Shown in pieces: positions 57,113-64,000 of a DNA stretch of 64,000 bases. The notes beneath the pieces are model-generated. The model searched no databases. It saw nothing but the letters and a program-made list of their open reading frames with translations, and had not been told where the DNA came from. Within the stretch, counting starts at the first letter, position 1; every line of letters begins with the position of its first letter. Position numbers and translations under genes: made by a program. Source of the DNA: an uncultured bacterium (lineage in GTDB: Bacteria; Babelota; Babeliae; Babelales; Babelaceae); NCBI GenBank assembly GCA_963819815.1, contig CAWFXL010000001.1, positions 96,001-160,000 on the forward strand, given 5' to 3'.

Positions 57113-58594
57113 CTAACAGCTCACAACGATTTTTCCAAAGACGCCCCAATTTTCAAGTGCTGAAGCATGATGCTTAGATGCTAATTCATATCGTGCTCCA
57201 AAGGCAAGGTTTAGCGGATAGTCACACCAGTTGGTGGCATAGGTAATGGTGCCTGAGAAGGTGCTCGATAATGCTTTTTGTGAAATAGCAGAATTCCTGT
57301 TGACAGCACTTCCGGTGAGCTTTACAAACTGAGCATCGGGAGTGCCCTGCCCAAACGTATCTGAGATTTTTGCGGTACTGTGAGAAGTAAGATCTGTGCA
57401 GCGCGTCAAATCATAGATCCCAAAGTTCTCAAAATCAAATGCTGAATCTTTGATAGTAAGTTTTTCAGCAGAGCGGTACCACAGGTTATAGCCACCTTCA
57501 AAGCCCCAACAGCACCAGGTATAATGAAAACTGATCCACCACTCGAGAGTATGCTGTGGCTCTAGGTGAGCACACGCTCTTAATAAGTTGATGCCTCCTT
57601 GAAGAGGAGTATCGACATTGTCTTCAGCTGCGATGAGAAGAAATCGAGATAGCGGACCATTCTTAAGATCAAATTGGCGTCGTTGCTTGTCACCAAAGCT
57701 GTAGAGATATTTAAGCTCAGCCATGAGGAGGCATTCGGTACCTTCAAGTTCAGAGAGCCATAGGTTTCCATCGAACATGATACCTGCTCCAACACCCCCG
57801 CGTCGCGAGCCTACATAGGGTTGGAACCAGCGAGTATCATCAAACCTTTTCCCCGTAGGAATATTTCCAAGAAGGTACATGCTGAACATATCATCTTCAC
57901 AGTAGCCCATAACATATCCAAGACGGACCTGGATGTCGTCGACCCCCGTATGATGGCGAGAAAGGGGAAAGACCTCAAGGGTATCGAGCGCTTCACGTAC
58001 TGAGGATGGCTCATTAGTTAGATCTCCAAAGGTTGTGCGTTGTTCAAAGAGGCAAACCTGGTGTTTCACTCTGGTGACGGCAAAGGCACAATCAGCCCAG
58101 GTTCCTGGACAAAAACAATCTAAATTAAAAATAAACTGAGGTAGCCAGGCAAAGACTGCGCGTTTAGGACTCAGGCGTACCATCGAGCTAAATCCTTCAG
58201 GTTGTTTGGAGCCAAGACCGAGATTCAATGAATTAAAGGGTGCTGACTGTTCGGCAAACAAAAGAGGATTTTCGCCAAAGAAGCCTCGTCCAAGGTGCGC
58301 ACTTTTTCTATTTTGCTGGTAAAGGAAGGTTGAATCGAGCGTAAAGAAGGCACAGCTCACTTCACCACGAAATCGTTCAAAGAATGTACTGCTATTTCGA
58401 TAGGTTAAATCATTGGTGATCGAGCGGGGGTTCAGATAGGTACTGATGGCAGTAGGGCAGTCGTTACTTATTTCGTCACAATCACCAGAAATAGAGGCAT
58501 CACAATCGATTGAAGGATGGCAACAGTCATCAGGGTACAAAAATCCACCCGTTCCTATCGTGAGTGCTAAGAAGAGTATACGATATCTCTGCAT
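57113..58594 (-). CDS. Cys-rich secreted protein, family B (copy 2)
   Basis: PRSITN, DDIQVRLGY, PTG, Q.RQFDL.NGPLSR, GYN.WYR..E shared with 45088-47031. Confidence 0.7.
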   Translation of the reverse strand: MQRYRILFLALTIGTGGFLYPDDCCHPSIDCDASISGDCDEISNDCPTAISTYLNPRSITNDLTYRNSSTFFERFRGEVSCAFFTLDSTFLYQQNRKSAHLGRGFFGENPLLFAEQSAPFNSLNLGLGSKQPEGFSSMVRLSPKRAVFAWLPQFIFNLDCFCPGTWADCAFAVTRVKHQVCLFEQRTTFGDLTNEPSSVREALDTLEVFPLSRHHTGVDDIQVRLGYVMGYCEDDMFSMYLLGNIPTGKRFDDTRWFQPYVGSRRGGVGAGIMFDGNLWLSELEGTECLLMAELKYLYSFGDKQRRQFDLKNGPLSRFLLIAAEDNVDTPLQGGINLLRACAHLEPQHTLEWWISFHYTWCCWGFEGGYNLWYRSAEKLTIKDSAFDFENFGIYDLTRCTDLTSHSTAKISDTFGQGTPDAQFVKLTGSAVNRNSAISQKALSSTFSGTITYATNWCDYPLNLAFGARYELASKHHASALENWGVFGKIVVSC

Positions 58595-58812
58595 AGGTTC
58601 TCCTTTTTAAGTTTTTAATATCGTTAGTATGATAAATTCAAATGCTCTTTGCAACACCAAAAAATAGCCTCCCTTTCAGCAGGACTTTCTGGACTCATTT
58701 TTTGAAACTGTGGGCATGTTTCCTTAATTGCTTAATCTAAGGAGTGATCTCTCATCTTATAAAAGAGTGAGCAGGTCTGGAAGGCTGGTTGTAGCGAGCT
58801 AACCATGGAATA

Positions 58813-59916
58813 TTAGACATTAAATTTTATGACGACGACGTCGCCATCTTTTACGAGGTAATCCTGTCCTTCGGTTCTTATTTTTCCGATCTCTTTGAGT
58901 TTTGCTTCAGTTTTATACTCAAAGAGATCTTTGGCATTAAAGACCTCTGCACAAATAAAACCTCGTTGGAGGTCAGAATGTATTTCTCCCGCAGCTTCAC
59001 GGATGGTGGTTCCTTTTTCAATGGGCCAGGCGTGGATCTCTTTAGGACCGCAGGTAAAGAACGTAATCAGATTAAGCTCACGATAAGTATGTTTAATAAT
59101 CTCAGCTAGATTGTCCGTAGTAACCTGCATCATCTCTCTCATTTCAGCTGCTTCTTCTTCCGTTAAAAGAGTGAGCTCATATTCCAATTTGGCAGAGACG
59201 GGAATAACTCGCTCTTTTCCAAAGCGCTCAACTAATTTAATGAACATAGGATTTTTAAGGTAGGTATCGCCGGCAAGTTCAGCTTCAGTGACGTTTGCAA
59301 TAATCAAAAAGTTTTTTGCACAGAGCAGGGGAATCGTTTGGACCTTTGATTCCTTAAGGAGACTTTGTACTTTCTCAAGCTGTGCATCATTAAGAGCTAA
59401 TGATAGCTGTTTTAGGAGTTCGATTTCAGTTTCGAGTTCCTTGAGTTGTTTGGGATCATTTTTTGCTGCCTTAAGAAGATTGGCAGCTTTGGCGAGTCGT
59501 TTATCTACAGAATCAAGATCTTTGAGCATCAGCTCGGTAACGATGATGTCATAGTCAACTGACGGATCGCGGTCTAATTCCTCGATGAGGCCCGAGAAGC
59601 ATCTCAGAACATGTAAAATAAGGTCAACTTCCCGTATGTGACTGAGGAACTGATTACCAAGTCCTTCACCAGAGGCAGCACCTTTTACGAGCCCGGCAAT
59701 ATCAACAAATTGTACAGTAGATGCGAGAATTTTTTGAGAGTTATAAATTGCTTTAAGTTTTTCAAGGCGATCATCCGGCACATGGGTACAGGCAAGGTGC
59801 GGATCGATGGTGCAAAAGGGATAATCTTCTGCTGGTACCGATGAGCGAGTTAATGCATTAAAAAGAGTTGATTTACCAACATTGGGAAGGCCGACGAGCC
59901 CTGCGCTAATTGCCAT
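58813..59916 (-). CDS. ychF: Ribosome-binding ATPase YchF
   Basis: GLVGLPNVGKSTLFNALT, YPFCTIDP, DIAGLVKGA..GEGLGNQFL, C-terminal TGS domain. Confidence 0.97.
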   Translation of the reverse strand: MAISAGLVGLPNVGKSTLFNALTRSSVPAEDYPFCTIDPHLACTHVPDDRLEKLKAIYNSQKILASTVQFVDIAGLVKGAASGEGLGNQFLSHIREVDLILHVLRCFSGLIEELDRDPSVDYDIIVTELMLKDLDSVDKRLAKAANLLKAAKNDPKQLKELETEIELLKQLSLALNDAQLEKVQSLLKESKVQTIPLLCAKNFLIIANVTEAELAGDTYLKNPMFIKLVERFGKERVIPVSAKLEYELTLLTEEEAAEMREMMQVTTDNLAEIIKHTYRELNLITFFTCGPKEIHAWPIEKGTTIREAAGEIHSDLQRGFICAEVFNAKDLFEYKTEAKLKEIGKIRTEGQDYLVKDGDVVVIKFNV

Positions 59917-60099
59917 AGTGTTCCTTTATCTGAAAGTCTTGTAGATAAAGAGTACCATAAAAAGTATAAGGCTGCGAGGATGCAGAGACTTGTGAGCAAA
60001 AAACCCTTGTTTTCATGGAATAGTATATGCTACGTTCTACCTTAGATGCGTTACTACGTATCAAAAAACTCACAATTTCTATACAAAGGGAAGCACTTT

Positions 60100-60810
60100 A
60101 TGAAGCAGTTATTTACCTTATTCACGGTTTGGTCTCTAAGTCTTATTGCACAGACTGGTCCTCAGCCCTTGTTTATCTCCAACATAACTTTCCTCCCGAA
60201 AGGATGTGGCGAAGCGACCACAAATATACAGGTGATTGCTTCAGGTGGTCAGCCCGCTGCAGATGGTTCATATACCTATAGTTTACAGGGTCAACCTTCC
60301 ATAACTAAGCCAACCGCATTATTTCAGAATGTCCCAATTACACTAGGAATTGAGAGCACTTTAGATTTACTAATTACGGATTCTGCAAACAATACGGTAT
60401 CCTCACAAGTTACCTTTACTGAATCTCAAACTGAATCGGTAAGCATGTCGATTGATTCATTACCTCTTGGAACAGGTCAAGGTTGCATTTCTTTAACTGT
60501 TACTAAATCAGCTGGCCAACCTGATGGCCTAGTTTCTCTTTTTATTGAGTCAGATGAAGTGTCCTCAGACATACAAACGAATGAAGTGGATAATGATCAG
60601 CCTTTTAAACTGACATTTTCTGCCCTTCCAAGTCCTTCGCTTAAGGCCGTCATGGAGCTGGCGAATGATTGCAAGAGTGGGGGTTCATCATTTTTTTCTG
60701 TTACATTTCCTTTTCCGCAGGGAATGGGGAATGCTCTCAAGGTCTATATATTTAACAAATATTGTAGCTGTGTATTGCAAAAGGGAACAATACCTGTTGT
60801 TCCTTTTTGA
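60100..60810 (+). CDS. Secreted hypothetical protein, paralog family A (copy 3)
   Basis: GPQPLFISNIT, GGQPAADGSYTY, FPFPQGMGNALKVYIFNKYCSC. Confidence 0.85.
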   Translation: MKQLFTLFTVWSLSLIAQTGPQPLFISNITFLPKGCGEATTNIQVIASGGQPAADGSYTYSLQGQPSITKPTALFQNVPITLGIESTLDLLITDSANNTVSSQVTFTESQTESVSMSIDSLPLGTGQGCISLTVTKSAGQPDGLVSLFIESDEVSSDIQTNEVDNDQPFKLTFSALPSPSLKAVMELANDCKSGGSSFFSVTFPFPQGMGNALKVYIFNKYCSCVLQKGTIPVVPF

Positions 60811-60857
60811 TCGGCTAGGTCGGTGTATATCCGGTTCGTACAGATTGGATAAAGATG

Positions 60858-60887
60858 AAGGGGCTGATCAAAAAAGATCAGCCCCTT
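60858..60887. terminator. Bidirectional terminator hairpin
   Basis: AAGGGGCTGATC-A run-GATCAGCCCCTT. Confidence 0.75.
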
Positions 60888-60895
60888 TAGAATTG

Positions 60896-62795
60896 TTATT
60901 TTGTTTGATCATCCGGTTCGATATCGATCGGTTCATCATTCTTAGTATCAGATTCTTTTCGTTGAGTTGTGCTTTCATCAGCTTTTTCACCAGCTTGCTT
61001 ATAGAGAAACTCAGCAATCTTGTGAGATGCTTGAAGAAGTGCATCCGTAGCTTTTTGAAGCTCTTCTGCATTCTGAGCATGTTCCGTAAGCGCAGCTTTT
61101 GCAGCAACGAGTGCTTGTTCAGTTTTTTCAATGTCAGACGCTTCAAGTTTGCCTTTATTCTCGTTGAGCGTTTTTTCTATTTCTAGAATGAGCCCGTCAA
61201 GACGATTTTTCTTTTCAACTGCTTCTCGAGCTTTTTTATCTTCAGCTTCATGCTCTGCAGCTTCGCGAACCATACGTTCAACTTCAGATTTATCAAGACC
61301 ACCTGTACTTGTGATCGTAACTTTCTGCTCTTTGCCCGTTGCACGATCTTTTGCAGATACATGTACGATACCATTGGCATCGATATCGAAGGTTACCTCT
61401 ACTTGTGGTACGCCACGAGGTGCTGCAGGAATACCTTCAAGTCTGAATTGCCCGAGGAGTTTATTGTCCTTTGCAAACTCTCGTTCACCTTGAACTACTC
61501 GAATATCGACTGCCGTTTGATTGTCTTCAGCGGTACTAAATACTCTGTGATTTGCGCGTAGGTATTGTAGTATTACGCTCGATAAGTTTAGTTGCAACGC
61601 CACCCATGGTTTCAATACCAAGAGAAAGGGGAGTGACATCAAGCAGTAACACATCGGTGACATGGCCACCTAGAATTGCACCTTGTACAGCGGCACCAAT
61701 AGCTACGACTTCATCAGGGTTAACCGATTTATTTGGTTCTTTGCCAAAAAAATCTTTAACGAGTTGTTGTACTTTTGGCATACGGGTAGAGCCACCAACG
61801 AGAAGTACTTCGTCAATCTTATCTTTAGAAATATCAGCATCTTTTATTGCTTTTTTGCACGGAACAAGCAAGCGCTCAAAAATATCGCTACAGAGGGCTT
61901 CTAGTTTCGAGCGAGAAAGCTTCATCGTAAGATGTTTAGGGCCTGAGGCATCGGCCGTTATATAAGGAAGGTTAATTTCAGTTTCATGCATCGATGAAAG
62001 TTCAATTTTTGCTTTCTCTGCAGCTTCCCGTAATCGTTGAAGAGCCATACGATCATTTTTCAGATCGATGCCACTTTCCTTCTTGAACTCATCAATTAAG
62101 TAAGCCATGATTTTTTGGTCAATGTCATCACCACCAAGGTGGGTATCACCATTGGTTGATTTCACTTCAATTACGCCATCTTGAATTTCTAAAATAGAGA
62201 TATCAAAGGTACCACCACCAAAGTCAAATACGGCAATCGTACCATTTTTCTTTTTATCAAGACCATAGGCAAGGGCAGCTGCTGTGGGCTCATTGATGAT
62301 ACGCATAACTTCAAGTCCGGCAATCTTGCCAGCATCCTTCGTAGCTTGCCGCTGTGAATCATTAAAATAGGCAGGTACCGTAATAACTGCCTTGGTTACC
62401 GTTTGTCCTAGGTACTGCTCTGCCGATTGTTTTAATTTACTTAAGACCGCCGCAGCTATTTCTTGTGGGGTATATTCTTTCCCTTGAGCGGTAATAAAGA
62501 CCTCACCATTGGGACCCTTTTTAAGATGATAAGGTACTTGTTTAGCCTCCCCAGCAACTTCATCAAACGTATGTCCAATAAATCGCTTGGCTGAGAATAT
62601 CGTATTTTCAGGGTTTGTTACGGCTTGTCTTTTTGCTAAGATACCAACAAGACGTTTACCATCTTTCGTAAAAGCTACTACTGAGGGGGTAGTATTTTGG
62701 CCTTCTTCATTGGGAATTACTTTGGGAGTACTTCCTTCCATTACAGCTACAACAGAGTTAGTTGTTCCTAAGTCGATACCTATTATTTTGCTCAT
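60896..62795 (-). CDS. dnaK: Chaperone DnaK, split by a single extra base at ~61544
   Basis: [26 protein letters not shown]. The canonical [16 protein letters not shown] junction is split between two frames. Confidence 0.95.
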
Positions 62796-62853
62796 CGTGT
62801 TCCTTTCTTAGGTGCGTGTCAATTGTGTCAGCTTAGATGATCTTTCATACCAA

Positions 62854-62882
62854 TATATACTGGTAATTTTCAATTATGTCAA
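62854..62882 (-). promoter_or_regulatory. sigma70-type promoter of dnaK
   Basis: Minus strand TTGACA-17 nt-TATATA. Confidence 0.65.
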
Positions 62883-63174
62883 GAATTTTGCTCAAGAAAT
62901 CTTAGTCTGAGAGACTCATATTCATAGGCATAGACCACGATTTGGTTATCGCCTAACAATCTACACAAATAATTATTGTTGTTCTGAAAGGTTTATTCCG
63001 CAGGTAGATTGCAATTGATAATCACCCAAAATCCTTTTTGGTAAGTAAAAACGAGTTGTTGGACTCGCCTATAATGAGGGGTTGGTTTGATTGTTCCTGA
63101 GTGCTCGGGTGAAGGCAGCTAATTGTAGTTTTTCTCAGATGCAAGGACTAGTGAATTGAGCACTGCTTTTAGGA

Positions 63175-63939
63175 TCACTTTAAAGGAAAATAGCGCAAGA
63201 GCCATGTCTTAACCAACTCTCCAGCTTTGTTCGAAGAATTTAAGAAATCATGGGTTGCACCATCTACAATTTTCAATTCAGAGCTCTTTGGTAACCACTG
63301 CATGGCTTTTTTGGATTCTACATAGAGATCTAGCTCATCTTGATCAGCATTTCCATGTATAATGAGTACAGGACACGTAACCTTACTCAAAAGTGCTTTT
63401 TGATCAACAGCCTTAATGTCATTTAAAAGATTGCCATCAACCTTAAGTTTGTCACGCAAGCCGTCATTAACTTCTACGGTAATATAACCCATTGTTTGCA
63501 TCTCATCGAATTGCTCTTTCGTTAACCTAGTATCCCATTGCCATTGCACTGGTCCTGTAAGTGCGCTGATTAAAATCATAGTGCTAATCTCAGGAGTACA
63601 TGCCTCCAAGCAAGTTAGTGCTCCTAGGCTATGACCAATTAAAGCAATCTTTTGATATCCTCTTTCTTTACCAAAAGCTATTGCTGATGCCAAATCATCT
63701 ACCGATTTTTTTATAGTAAGTACATTACCTTCACTTGTACCATGCCCGGAAAAATCAAATGATAGCACGTTGTAATTTTCTTTTTGAAGGGCTTCGGCAA
63801 TTTGAGGAAACAATCCCTGAGCAAATCTATTATTTGCCGAACCGTGAGCCATGATAATAAGAGCTTTGGAAGGAGCTTCCCACAAAGTTCCCGTTAACGT
63901 TAGATTTCTTGAATTTTTAAACGATATATCTTTAATCAC
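63175..63939 (-). CDS. Alpha/beta hydrolase
   Basis: MAHG, FDFSGHG.SEG, GHSLG nucleophile elbow, IIHG..D, GATH. Confidence 0.9.
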   Translation of the reverse strand: MIKDISFKNSRNLTLTGTLWEAPSKALIIMAHGSANNRFAQGLFPQIAEALQKENYNVLSFDFSGHGTSEGNVLTIKKSVDDLASAIAFGKERGYQKIALIGHSLGALTCLEACTPEISTMILISALTGPVQWQWDTRLTKEQFDEMQTMGYITVEVNDGLRDKLKVDGNLLNDIKAVDQKALLSKVTCPVLIIHGNADQDELDLYVESKKAMQWLPKSSELKIVDGATHDFLNSSNKAGELVKTWLLRYFPLK

Positions 63940-64000
63940 AGGTATCCTTTTCTTGCAATATCAAAGATACTACAGAAAATAACTTTATTGCGCGAGAGAG

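Noticed and set aside
60896..61669. Separate 257-aa gene or programmed frameshift
   Set aside because: It is the out-of-frame C-terminal half of dnaK, and no slippery heptamer is visible at the junction.
62796..63174. CIRCE operator upstream of dnaK
   Set aside because: GAGTGCT and AGCACT fragments near 63099-63165 have the wrong order and spacing for TTAGCACTC-N9-GAGTGCTAA.

Overview
AT-rich bacterial chromosome segment. It most likely comes from an intracellular protist parasite such as Ca. Dependentiae/Babelota; this is an inference from two tandem ATP/ADP translocases, many secreted lineage-specific proteins and eukaryote-like motifs. Housekeeping genes are rpsB, tRNA-Ser, SRP RNA, dnaX, der, hpf, dsbD, tRNA-Ala, cca, tolQRAB, ftsH, rpmB, rpsT, mrdA, nth, dacB, ychF and a frameshifted dnaK. 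These are interspersed with accessory genes: an AAA/DUF4143 ATPase, an AbiE type IV TA pair, Fic, RING/UIM/CaaX effector candidates, five tandem kinase-like paralogs and paralogous secreted families. The standout feature is at 32.8-39.6 kb. A gap with no ORF in the supplied track holds three ~431-bp tandem units, each with a sigma70 promoter, an RBS, a 40-41 aa signal-peptide-bearing precursor ending in C(...)FPF, and a palindromic terminator. The units are flanked by two paralogous ~900-aa 7TM-GAF-PAS-degenerate AAA+-Fis HTH membrane regulators. This is a candidate undescribed peptide-pheromone / one-component receptor (quorum-sensing-like) system.
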